From contig JAHLWZ010000238.1 in the NCBI GenBank assembly GCA_020536535.1, forward strand, positions 1 to 54,903: a stretch of 54,903 nt of DNA. Direction: 5' to 3'. A model generated the notes under the pieces. The model was not told the DNA's origin and did no database searches. It worked only from the letters and a program-made list of their open reading frames with translations. This DNA comes from Pelomyxa schiedti (Eukaryota; Protista; Evosea). Position 1 is the first letter of the stretch; each line of letters begins with the position of its first letter. Positions 26,429 to 38,890 of this stretch are shown in pieces. The position numbers and the translations under genes are program-made.

Positions 26429-28124
26429 TTACACTCTTCGCAATAGACCAGGAGGGAGAGACATACGGCTCCCACGGGTGTAAGCCGCGGGTAGAGATGC
26501 AAAAGCAAGGTGAGGAGGAAGGTTGGCAATGTCAAGCTCAGAGAGTTGTGAGTTTGTGCTTGTACTTGTGCTTGGTGAGCTTGATGTTGGTGATGTGGCG
26601 AATACTGGTGCAGTTGCCTGTGAAAGTGTTGATGTGGGTGTCCCGGGACTCCGGGATGTGCTGGAGCGGGATGGTGAGGAGCCGGTGTGGTGTGAGGAAT
26701 GGCTTGATGAGTGGTGTGAAGATTCTTCGGGAAGTGGTGGTGATGGTGCGGCCTTGTCCCGGTCTTTGCTGTCTTTTTCCTTTTCCTTTTCTTTGTCTTT
26801 GTCTTTGTTTTTCTTTGATCTACTGAATAGGGAGAACTTGTGGTGTGACTTTTTGGGTGAGACCTCCGGTGCTGAGGAATGTGGAGTTAGTTGGATTGGA
26901 GTTGTAGGTGGTTGGCCTTTGGAAGATCCTGACGACAGAGACCTGTTACGGGTGTGTGATGGAGGTGAATCTGGCTCGAGCAGTGTCTGATTTTCTGGTG
27001 TTGTTGGTGTGGATGGAGTGGATGTTGTGGTCCCTGAGGTATTTGGGGATCCTGGAACCAACAGACGAGCTGTAATCGGTATTACCCCTGTTCCCGGTAT
27101 TACACCTGGCCCCGCGTGCACTGATACTGAGGCGGATCGTCTGGAATAGGAGGGTGACGCAGATGGTAAGACAATGGTTGGTGATTGTACCGCCGGTGGT
27201 ATAATCATTGGAGGTGCTGATATATTTGATGGTGTTGCGTGGGTTGGTGTGGATGGTTGTGTGGTAGGGTGTGATTGGTTCTCAGGCTTACTTCTTCTCA
27301 CTTCTTTAGTGGTACGGTTGTGGTAATATACTTTTCCAAATGCATCTTGACACTCTCTCCAGTCTGGCCCAACAGCTGGGGTTGATGTAGGTCGCTGTTG
27401 AAGTAATTAAATATGCTAAGCTGAAAGTGCAGTATGGTCACAGGGAACTTACTGTGAAACCTGGACGTCCCCATTGTGACTTGGATTTAGAGCTGTTTAC
27501 AAAATACAACTTTCCTGAAATGGGATCCACTTTTTGTTCCCAACCAGTAGGAAGTGGCGGGGGCTGAGAGAAATTAAATAAATAAAAAATGAACAAAAAA
27601 TCGCAAAGATAGCAACAAACAGTGTGGCACATACCACATCGCTGGGGCTCGGCCATATCCACTGAGTGAACCTCAGCTCCTTGTTTGCGTAGTACTTTCT
27701 CGATGTAGCAGGGTCAATTTTCTCCGCCCATCCCGAAGGCAGTGCAGCAATGACATAGCCACCAGGGCTCGGCGCCACTTCGTGCTTTGGCTGAGCATTA
27801 TCCAGCAAAGACGAAGACGAAGAGGACGAAGGAGAGCAGGCGGTTATTGCCTTGGGCCCGCCGCTGGCGGAGACATGGTCAACGGTGGGAGTCGGAGTAG
27901 TAGGCAGTGGCGGGGGTGGAATGGACGTGAAAAAAGGGTCGTCGGAAAGAACATCAGGGGGGGCGATGTCGAGACCAATATCAATGTCAATAGGAATTTG
28001 CTGTGTACCTTTGCAAAAGGGAAAAAAAAGGGGGAAAAAAAAATACACAAAAACGCCACAGTCAGTGTTGAAATACAAGTGAAAGCGAGGGAAAAAAAAA
28101 AAGAAAGAAACCTGACGCCGACAT
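26429..28124 (-). CDS. Protein with three WW domains and a long Ser/Thr/Pro-rich tail
   Basis: LPSGWAEKIDPATSRKYYANKELRFTQW; LPTGWEQKVDPISGKLYFVNSSKSKSQWGRP; GPDWRECQDAFGKVYYHNRTTK; ATG 28124 inferred. Confidence 0.8.
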
Positions 28125-28435
28125 GTCGACGAGCGGACAGCTTTACGCACTTTTTTAATTTTCTTTTCTTTTTTTTTTTTTTTGTTCTCTTTTCGTTGGA
28201 AACACCAGGGAGAAAAAAGTTGAACTCTGGGATGGATCTTCTTAATTGAAACGGGAGTTACGCGATCTGATCACTGTGTGATATTCATGAGACGCTGGGT
28301 GATGCCCCCAATTGGGCCCTCAGCTTCCCCATGACCACTAGATGTCGATGACAAGAAGTGGCAGCTCAATTCCCCGGAATCCATTCAAATTTGAAGAAAA
28401 ACCAAAGAAATTTGTTTGTGTCGGCGGAGGCTGAG

Positions 28436-28879
28436 ATGGGTCAGTCGTGTATCAAATGCGTACAGAGTTGCGGATTGTGTCTGCATGCACCTGTTGTATT
28501 GAACGATCAAGTACACCCCCGTGCTTTTTTTTTTTCTTTCCCCTATTGTTGTGTTGAGTCTAGTCGCTACTCAACCCCCTTTTTTTTTCCCCTACATAAC
28601 AAGGATGACTATTGGAAACCAAGTAAACAATTAGCTGCGGAAATGGAAGCAGTTGGCGTTGATTTAACTGAGCACCCTGCCCCTGTACCAGGTTTTTTTC
28701 GCGCCGTCCTTTTTCTTAGCTTCATAACCTATTGAAATTAATCGGGAGCAGCAAAGCCCGCTGACTCTGAGTTTGCCTCCGCCACACTCACTGTTAGTCC
28801 GGCAATACCAATAGAACATACTGAGGGTGATCCCGTTGGCTCACCAAAGAAAGTCAAAATTACATTCAGCAAGCAGTGA
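28436..28879 (+). CDS. Small hypothetical protein with possible N-myristoylation/palmitoylation start (MGQSCIKC...)
   Basis: Three in-frame exons with plausible GT-AG introns ending ...KKVKITFSKQ*. Confidence 0.5.
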
Positions 28880-29036
28880 TATACATGACTTAATACTCAC
28901 TCGCACGCACTTGTACATTTGAGGCACAACAAATTTTTGCATTTTTGCACCTCCCAGTTTCCTTTGCTACAGCTCTAGTAACGTCTTCAAACAGTGACTA
29001 TTTACTCCCGTTTTCTTATCTTTGGATTGACAAGTG

Positions 29037-29970
29037 CTACCTTCTTTTCCCACAGCTTGTTGCTGTTGTTGAAGTGCAATTGGTTTGCTGACCAGGCAAG
29101 TCCATGTGCTGTTGTGGGATCACATTGCCAGAATTGCATGATGGCACAGGGGCTGGTGGGCCAATAAGCTCATAGGAAGTTTGCCACTCTGTTTGTAGGT
29201 GTGCATTTTTCGCAATGTGGTGCTCAGACCAGCCCTCCTTGAGTGACCAAGCCCTGAAGTCCTCTGCTGTGCGGAGGTTGAGCCTCTCTGCTCCAAGAAT
29301 CCTAATGTTGACCTCTTGCACGCGAGGATTTGCACTGTTGTACAGTGTGACTATGTCCCCTGGCTCGCCGAGAGGGAAAGACCTCGTTGTTGCAAATCTC
29401 TTGCCGTATCTTATCTGTGTTATTGTTGGTCATTTATGTTGTTTGTTGTTATTGTATTGTTGAACAAGGGCCTCACACTTTCCCTGCTATTTAGCATCCA
29501 TAGTAGAACAAATATTTGAAAGGGTGAGAGCGATTACGTACCAAGTCGAGAGTGTAAACGCCGTTCGGGAAAATCAACCTCAGGTCCTCCCGTAGATCAC
29601 CGACGTTCATGAAGAAATCCATCTTCTGCCTCCTTATGGGACGACCATACGTAGACGACGATACACTCGTGGTCTTGTTCGCCGAACGGCCCCGCCCTTT
29701 CCCGCTGCGTTGCTGCTGTTGCTGTTGAGGCTGAGGCTGAGGCTGTTGTTGACTGGGACTTTGGCGGTACTGCACCTGGTACGTAACCTTTGCTGTGGGG
29801 GTTGATGTGGCTGTGACCGCACATGTGGTGTTCTGAATGGGTGTTTGTGTGGTTGGTTGTGGTTGTGGTTGTGACTGCGCCTCTTGCTGGGTGGCTAGTC
29901 TCTGTTGCTGTTGTTGTACCCGTTGCTGGTGGCTGGCGGAGCCCCAGGCGCCTTGAACTCGGTTTTGCAT
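29037..29970 (-). CDS. Gln-rich N-terminus + ASCH/PUA-like domain protein
   Basis: After removing one intron (about 29416-29541): YTLDL|IRYGKRFATTRSFPLGEPGDIVTLY...IRILGAERL...WSLKEGWS, matching the ASCH GxK/RxxTxR...GD...EG pattern. Confidence 0.65.
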
Positions 29971-30103
29971 TTCGTTTTGCGAAGGGTACTTTCCTTTGCT
30001 TTTTTGTTTCTCAGAGTTGCTTCCGGAAAACTCAAAACATCAGAAATATGTGGGTTCCTTCTCTGGAACAAGTTCACGAAAGTGATGTGTTCTATGACGA
30101 GAA

Positions 30104-31332
30104 TCAGGGTAGCACAAACCAGCGGAATATAATGAACAATGTGGCGGCAGTCCAGAAACATGCTGCCGTCGCGAAGAAGTACCCGTCGAGGTCTTCCCAC
30201 AGCTGGCCCAGGCATACTTCGGCAACAAGAATCATTTGCGTAAACAAGCCGAGCAGTATGTAGCGGTCAAAGCTGGTTACATAGCTCACCTAAAGGGATG
30301 TTAGGGTCCTTAAAAGCAGGTCGCAATTTCTAACCTTTGGGAGCTCTTGGGCAACGATTTGCTTGAATGTTACAGTTGTCAAGACAGACGTCCCCAGGAT
30401 AGCAAGTCGGGAAGAAATGTCTTCGACTGGTAAAATGGCGGCGGAAAATCCCAATAGGGTAAGTAAGAAGAGGGCAAGAACCACATTCCACATGTAATAG
30501 CCGCCTTTGCGTCTGAGAGGGATCATCACATTTATCTTTGGGTATTGCTTGCTGAGCGGCCGCAGTTCAGGTTGTTTCTGTGTGCATTTTTAGTTCAGTT
30601 GAAGGCAAACATGGCACAGTGCAATGTGTATTATCCTGAAAAGTTGAAGGTGCACTGACCTTTTCCCAAAATAGGGGTAAAACATCCCATGAAGAAAGTG
30701 TGACATATTCCTTATGAAGAGAAGGCACTTTGTGAAACTCCAGAGCCACCTTCGACAACCTGAGGTGCGAAGATACTGCTATCTTCAGGTACTGCGTGTC
30801 ACGAGGAAAGGTCTTGAAGTTCATAGGGCAACAAAGTTTTCCTTGGTATTGTACTCTGTGATAACGTAAAAAACATTTCCTGGCAGGATTTATCGCCACC
30901 TGTATTCTGCAACTCGCTTACCACGCTCAGTGGAATGCAATCCTGGGCACCACTGGGAATGTAAGAATGAAACACCGCTGAGAATAAACACTTACACGAA
31001 TGAGAGGTTCCTGAACCAGTGTGTGTTCCAACAGGTTCATTATTACAATTTTTGGGTCCATAACGGGTTGCTCTGCCAAAGATGAGGACACGTTGAAAAA
31101 AAGGCAACAGTGCCTGGCCCATCGTCTTCCAACCAAAACCCAGACAAGAAAAATACAGCACAGAACGTCTCGGAAACAGTGTCGATATCTGTCACATTGA
31201 AAACATCGCACTGTCGACGATACTGTAAGTGCACAGTACTGCCAACGCAATGCCGTTCGGCACCTTAACATACACTGTCGTCGATTCTTCGCCAGTTTCC
31301 TTGTCGTCCACTTCGTTAAACGGACCCTGCAT
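30104..31332 (-). CDS. Pentameric ligand-gated ion channel (Cys-less / Pro-loop type)
   Basis: NVTDIDTVSETFCAVFFLSGFW, DPKIVIMN, PMNFKTFPRDTQ, SSWDV, LRRKGGYYMWNVV (M1), SRLAILGTSVLTTVTF (M2), LPKVSYVTSFDRY (M2-M3), short loop, M4. Confidence 0.88.
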
Positions 31333-31433
31333 TTCCCAACGGTTTTTTTTTTTTTTGAGAAGAAGATGTGAACGACATGTGAGCTACATGTTTGAAACTA
31401 CCTGCAGGGAACTTCAGTCCCTGTGAATTCACG

Positions 31434-33711
31434 ATGGCAGGAGTTCCCTGCCCAGACACTCCAAATCACAAATCTATAAAAATGTCCTCCCCAGGGAGGG
31501 GTCTCAGCACGGCATCTGGTTGTCCGGTAGTGGTGGATGGAGAGGCTACTGCATCACGCCGTCGTTGCAGGTCAAGCGGCAAATCGGCAGATCACGTGGA
31601 TTTGAGTTGCCCGGTGACGTTTTCTTCGACGCCACCACGGCCCTTGGAGGCGGAAATCGACGCGAAAATAGAGTCCTGGAAAAGGAAAAGAGAGGAACTG
31701 TCGAGAACTGGAGAAATCACTGGTTTCAACATCATAAAGCTGTCACTTAATGACGTTTTATTTTTCAGCGTGGTATGCTGCGAGCAGGCATATTGTACGA
31801 CTTTACCTCCAAAAAAATACAGTGGAAAATGTTCTTGCAGAACTAAAAAATGCACATGATACGTTATCCATGGTACAATAAAAACAACAAAGACAAATAG
31901 GATAATGTTCATTCAATTTAAAGTTCACATTACCAGGATAAGCGGTCTCCCAATCACTTGCTGTTCAAGGCCAAGACGGCACTCGTTAAGTTCTATTACA
32001 ACATTTCCTGTGCAAAACTCAAAATGTTGAACTCTTGTACTTTAGTATGCAGAATTGTGCCCTTGCATTACTAACTGCTTGTATGGGTCAGGATGCAATT
32101 GCTCTTAGTGGGCATTTAAAGGGTACCTACCTTTCCTCATTTACCTTATCAAACAAGCTCTTTTAGTTGCAAAAACGTTGCTAACTGAAGCTCTTGCGAT
32201 TGGAAAGAAGGCTTCTGTATCTGTTATCAAACTTCAAAAGTACACTCAACTTCTTGGCTCTATCTGCCGAGACCTTGGAGAGACAACTACGGCAGTGTCT
32301 CATTTTAAAATGGGTGTGTGTTCATTCCTTCTATTCCTTTCCTTATTTAATGCGTATGTTTAGCTTTGTCAATGAGTCCTGAGCAAGCACCGCTAAGCCT
32401 CACAGTGTGTACGGCACAATGCATGCTGCAGCTAGGGCGACTTGATGAAGTAGAATCGGTTTTGTCTCATGTTGTAATGCCTTCCCCTTTCCATCTCTAA
32501 CTTTATTCCAGGCCCTCTCTGCACCTGTGATTGAGGCTTCTCTTGATTGCATTAACTTATACAAGTTAAATTGTATACTGCACTTAAAGAAACAGCAAAT
32601 CAAGCTAGCCCTTTCAGATATTCAGGTGTGTCTCCTGTACTTTTTGGCCTCTTTTCATACTTTTTTCAGTCAGCACGTGATATGGCCATTTCAATTAAAA
32701 AAAAGAAATTTGCCGATAAGAAACTTGTTACTGTTATACAAAACGTTGCTGCTTTTGCCGGTTGATCCTTAAATCATTGTACTTCGAAATTTACTCCCAA
32801 AAAAAAAAAAATAAAACTAGAGAACCTCTCAAAAATTGATACTGACAGTACAGCCCGCTCCATCTCGAAATCATTAGACTCTGTTTCACACCTCAGTAAA
32901 GATGTGGTGTGCCTTGGAATCCCTCCTCCAAAGAAAAGAAGTTAAAATAATTCAGCGACTAGCATTGAGAGAAGTACTTGCCCACTTAATGTCAGGTTCA
33001 TCTAGTTTGGCAAGTAAATTTGCTGAATCTCTAGCTGCCGATTATGAGGCACAAGGAATGACAAGAGAAGCAGAGGAAGCATATGAAAGAGTACCACTAA
33101 AACTTTAGAAAAGAATAAATATTAATTGCACACAGGCTTGGAGGGATCACGGGTCTAAGTTGACCGCCGAGAGAAAGTGGGAGTTTTGTAGTAATTGGGC
33201 ATATGTTCTCTCTCGTATCGACCGTGCACTCTCCACAAATAAATATCAAGAAGCCTATGGCTATGCAATGGAGACTGGGCATAAAAACCTCATACAGCAA
33301 GCAAAAGAGAACCTTGCTGTCCAATTGGGTCATGCTCCACCTGACCTCGAGGCTGAGTATCGTCCTTTTTTCCCTTCTTGCAATCTTATTTTTATCCCAG
33401 GACTTCCCCAGAGGACTCTCACCAAGACTCTCACCCTTCTGTGCCAACAACATTAACTACTACCACTTGTGCATCCAAACAAGCGTCATCAGAGAGGAAA
33501 CGCAAGGTAATAAACATCCACTGCTTGCCCTTGTAAGACTTACATATGTACTCAGGTGGCAGCATTGGCACAGAAGAAAAGTGCAAAGCGGTCACGGGAA
33601 AACGCTGTGGATGGCTCTATCTTCGATTGTGATGGGGAACTCCTTCCCTGCTACACCGACACATTCGTTGTAAACGACTTGGGCTCAACCGGAGATATTA
33701 ACGATCTATGA
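31434..33711 (+). CDS. Hypothetical multi-exon helical/TPR-like protein
   Basis: Chain of short same-strand ORF pieces separated by GT-AG introns; TPR-like LLGSICRDLGETTTAVSHF and LAADYEAQGMTREAEEAYER; boundaries uncertain. Confidence 0.45.
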
Positions 33712-33895
33712 GGGGAGAACCACCACTTCCAATCATGGCTATGCACTCTGTGAGGAACATTTCCGAAACACCATGTAACCAGTAACAAATTAAGATCATT
33801 GGGGAAATCTTCATTTTCACAAGGACATAAACCTCTTGACCTGTTCGTCCCCGTTTCCGGGTATTACCAAGTTGGCCCTGGAGTTCCTTGAAAAA

Positions 33896-36800
33896 ATGAA
33901 TTCGAGACTGTTGACCCCAGCAAGCACGGGTGTGTCTGTGTTGAAGCGGATGGGAAGTACAACAACAACAACAAAAAAAAATAACTTCGCCGTTGTTCCC
34001 ACACAAAAGGGCGGCCCCGCAGTCGCAGTACGTCCCCGGGCCCTCGTCACGACAACGGGGGCACGCCGCCGGGGTCCAGAGCTTCCCACTCGCAGGCTGT
34101 GCCACCTGCCTCCCCGGCGTCGCGGCCGCACCACAGAACCCCCCCTCCGTCCCGTGCAGATTCCGCCGCCACCACTGGCGGGGGTAGTAGAATCCACAGC
34201 AGTAACTCGTTCACGACAACTCCGCCTTCCTCTCCCCCTCCTCCTAGTCACACTCCCGCGGGGAGCGGACACAGGCACACGCGAAATTCACCTCCTCCAG
34301 TGAGTGGCCCACCCAATTTTGGCCTGCCGCGGCTGTCAAGTGCCACAAGTGCCGCAGCAAATGCAACTGCAACTGCAACTACAACTACAACTACAACTAC
34401 AACTACAACTACAACTGCAAATGCAACTGCGGCGACAAATGCAAATACAAATACATCGGCAGCAGCGAGGGTGGAAAATGGCGTGGATGACTCTGCTTCA
34501 GCAGCAGCTGTTTCTCCTTCTTCCCCCGTTACAACTCCTCCACCACCATCGTCATCATCCTCGCCTGCGAAGCCTGTGGAATCCAACGTGAAGGTGATGG
34601 TGCGCGCAAGGCCTGCAAACGCTCAAGAACTGGAAAACGAGGGAGTCGATTGTGTGGAATTCCTAGAAGATAAGCGCACTGTTACCATCGAGGTGTGCGC
34701 TCGCACACCTCTTTTCCTTTGCTTTCTTTAACTTAACGCACCGCAGTTCTCCACCAAGCTATACACTTTCTGTTTCTCCCAGGCATTTCCGCCTGAAACA
34801 TCGCAACAAGAAGTTTTTGATGCTGTAGGACATCCGCTTGTCACTGGTACTGAACAGTCCTCATTCAACCCACCTTCCCAAAAACATTTGCAGCTGTGAT
34901 GCAGGGTTTCAATGCTGCCATCATTTCTTATGGTGCCACTGGTTCTGGAAAAACTTATACTATGATGGTTTTTTTCTCCCTAGTTTTATTTTTTTTCCAA
35001 CCTCAGTAGGGGTATGGATTTGATGAACAATCACCAGCCGCATTCATGCTCTCAGAAGACCCTCACAATGCAGTTGAAGTGCTCACATCGACCCTGCGAG
35101 GAATGATACCGAGAATGATGGGTAAAATCTACCTTTAGCAAATAAATAAGTATGGATGTGATTTCACCTCAAGACGACATTTTCGACACTATCGCACAGC
35201 GTTCCACAGAAGATATTACCTTTGAAGTACGAGCTAGTTTTATTGAAATATATTGTGAAGAGATCATGGACTTACTGACTCGTATGCTCAATTACAAACC
35301 AGAAATCTCCTCAATTTCTTCTTTGAACAGCAGAAAGAGATGAACTGTCGTTAAGGGAGTGTCCAGACCGAGGGTATAAATCCTTCTTGGCGACAAGTTC
35401 ATTCTCATTTTTTTCCAGCCTTTGGCTACCAGGAGCCACGGAAGTTCCTGTTCGATCAGCAAGAGATTGCTTGCGGGTAATGGTACGGGGGACTAAGAAT
35501 AGATTTGTAGCAGCAACCAGTACGTGATGTAGGGTTTACTTGGTTGTTCATTCTTTAACAGAAGTCAATATTGAGAGCTCTCGGAGCCATGCAATTTTCC
35601 TTGTCACTATTACGAGTAGAGCTGCCGCAGAGAGAAGGGTTTCCCAACTTTACATGGTGGATCTTGCAGGCTCTGAGAAGGTGGGTACCTGACCACACTT
35701 ACTGCTTTAACCACGAGAATCAGGTTTCAAAAACTGAAGCCACTGGTCAAAGACTGAAGGAAGCACAAAAAATTGGACTCTCCTTACTTGCCCTTGGGCA
35801 AGTAATAAAAGCATTGTCCTCTGAAAAAGTAGTTTCTGGGTTTCCCCTTTTTCCCACATTAATTGCATCGCAGAGGGGCATGCATATACCATATCGTGAC
35901 AGCAAGCTCACTCGGCTCTTGCAAAACAGGTTTCTCATTCTCACTCTTATATTTTTTCTAACAAACTATCTTCCCTTTTCAGCTTCGGAGGAAACTCCAA
36001 GACTCATCTTATAATCAACATTTCACCCAATAGCTGGTCTGCTTCTGAAACTTTGGCTACAATGAGATTTGGAGAAAGGTTTTTCAGCTCACCTTCATTT
36101 TGTCTCACACTATAAAAGATCACAAAAAATAAAAAATCTTGCTAAACCCAATTCTGAACGAACTGTTGCTGAGCTAACCCATCTGTTGAACCTGGCAAAT
36201 GCTAAGATAAAAACTCAACAAGTGGAGCTTCAGCGGGTGTGCCACTACCTAACATTTGTGAATAACGAATTGTTATTGCCAGTATCAAGAGAATATGCGT
36301 TTTATTGAAACTCTCCTCCAAGACAATCCACAGCTTGGAGAATCTATCAAACAAATCCAGGCTCTAACTCAGAAATCCCGCTGTATGTGGTACAATCGTA
36401 TCGTTGTCAGCTTACCCCAACTCCGACAAGTATCAGAAAAGGACCAGGTGCTTGCAGAGCAATACGATGAACTTGAAGAATCAGCCCTGAGAGCTGATGC
36501 AGCCGAAAAAGAATGGGCCTCACGTGATGTGACTGCAAGTATTTTTCCTACGTTCTTATCCAATAATATGCAGCAATCGACTGAGTACCAGACTACAACA
36601 ACCAGTACCTCCCTTTCAAATGAGGTCCTACCTCTTGCTGTGGTTTCAGCCACACCCCCAGCAACATCCGCACTCCCAGATATTTTTCATTTTGTGTGCC
36701 CTCTCACTCACCGTATTATGCACAACCCTGTCATTGCGGCTGACGGGTACTCCCGATTACGCCCCTGTCAATTTTTAACCCCAGTTTAGGTACACATACG

Positions 36801-37344
36801 AGAGGAGTGCCATTGAGGCTTATTTCATGGGCCATGGACTTATAAGCCCATATACACATGAGAAACTTCATTCCAAGAACCTGACACCAAATAAGAACTT
36901 ACTCAGCCAAATACATTTGCGTGTAAGCAGCACACAAATCGATGAGGTACCGCCCCTTACGTTTGTTCTCTAAACCACCCAAATGACCCCGACCCTTCCC
37001 CCCCTTTCTTCCAGGCAATATGTTACATTCAGCTTGTGCCATACTATGTACTTGTACATATATTCGGCTACCTTACAGCCGCCGCACTTGGCAATGCCGC
37101 GCAGGTGTGTGTACAGTGGAGGGATGTGATACGGCAAGGGGGACTGTGGGCCATCATGGTCGCAAAGTACTTCCCACGTCACAGTCGCCACTGCCCAGCT
37201 GGGCACGCACAGGCCTTGGCTATGTTCAAGGCGTTGTATCTGGCTCAGAAGGGTGCACGGGGCAACCCAAGAAGACACGAACCTGTACGTGACGGTGTAA
37301 ACATGTTTTTCAACAACTCAAACCCAAGCCCCCACCACTTGTAA
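33896..37344 (+). CDS. Kinesin motor + coiled coil + U-box + F-box fusion protein
   Basis: [66 protein letters not shown]; then [19 protein letters not shown]|YTYERSAI...SPYTHE...PNKNL; then [13 protein letters not shown]...AAQVCVQWR...LW. Confidence 0.85.
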
Positions 37345-37487
37345 AAAACTGCAAATAAACGTGGCAATCGTTTTTGGTTTCTTTTAGTTTGTAGAGTGAT
37401 AGATTTCAAACATGTGTTGTTGGTGGTTTACTGGGGTTTTTCCTTTATGCAAGTCTCACACTTGCACAAAGAACCCCGATTTGGAAT

Positions 37488-38821
37488 TTAGTGTCGCATA
37501 GGTTTAGTACCTGGAAGTGGAAACTTTGTACTGTTGAAAGTGAGACCAATACAATAAAAAAACAAGACCCACCCACAAGTGGAGCAAGCCAGTGTGAACT
37601 TGCAAAAGACTGAGAAATGGTTACTTGGTTCAAAAGAGCAAGAAAACTTACTTGATAAACATACAGAACACACAAATCCTGTATCAACTGCTGTCTTATG
37701 ACAAAAACATGAAGCCCGGTAGTCCACTGAAGTGAGTTTGGGAAGTTTCAGCGATTTTCTGCTGATGCTATCTGCCAAGAAAGCTGACTGATCAGGTGTT
37801 AAAAAACTATCGAAGCCATGAAGTTGCAACCAGTAGGTATTGCAGCAGACCTTCGGTTACTGTTGGCATAATATATATTCCTCCTGTTTGGTCCGAGGCT
37901 TGTTGCAAAAACGCGGAGTGTTGATCACCCAGGATGCAAGTATCTATAAGTATTCCCTTTATCCTTCATGAAAAAAGAACAAAAAAGAGCAAAGAATTTG
38001 GGCTAAGGTGGAGAGTTTGCATAGTTATAGGAAGGAAGCAAACTTTTCTTTGTGCAGCAAATATACAGTTCATCACAGGGATATACTGCGCAGATATATC
38101 CGGCGAGGCATTTAGACAGAGAATTCGTGGTTTGAGTGTAGGAGAGACGCGAGTTATCCTATTAATATCTTGTTCCCCCAGTCTTGAGACAAAATCTCAC
38201 AGTACATAGTTACTTACAACACAGTGCCAATGATAACGCTGATGATAGAACTGAAGATTCAGAAGTAGCGCTACCTGTCCGTAAATTGGAACCAAGGTGG
38301 AATACTACCAAAGTGACACACTTGGCACGACCGAAGGTAGCAAGGATATCTGGTGCAACAAAGCACTTCTCGTCCTTACGAGTCTGTCGGGGGTCTCATC
38401 AGGTGCATCCGGCTCCTCCACGGTCGGGAATATGTATCTCCTATCGCAACACAACACAGGAATAGCACATTCAGCGCGATGAAATAGCATCAGGTTGTAC
38501 CCACGATTCCCAAGCGTGGCAGGCAATAACGGCGAGTCTGTTCTTCGCATTGAGCAACAGAAAAGCGTTGATGAACGAGCACAGCTGCGAAACTGTATCG
38601 GCAAACCCCCGCCCAACAATTCCCCTGCCACTCGGCGTCGTTGCAGGCTGAGCACTGGACGATGATGTCGCCGTGGGCGTAGCTTCCGCTGACTCTGCCA
38701 TTGGCGAGTCGGCCGCTGCCGGAGACGGAGACGGAGATCCAGTTACAGACGCAGATCCAGACCACACAATCGGGCTTGTGTCCATCAGAACCACCAACAG
38801 AGACGCGTCCTCGTTGTCCAT
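37488..38821 (-). CDS. GTF2H3: TFIIH subunit p34 / Tfb4 (GTF2H3)
   Basis: SLLVVLMDTSPIVW, FINAFLLLNAKNRLAVIA, QYIPVMNCIFAAQ, FLQQASDQTGGIY, VDYRASCFCHKTAVDTGFVCSVCLS.FC...CSTCG. Confidence 0.92.
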
Positions 38822-38890
38822 GACGAATTTATTATTTTTTTTTGGTGAGGGCAGGAGACAGGTGACAGGTTTTTTTTAAGTTTTCGTTCT

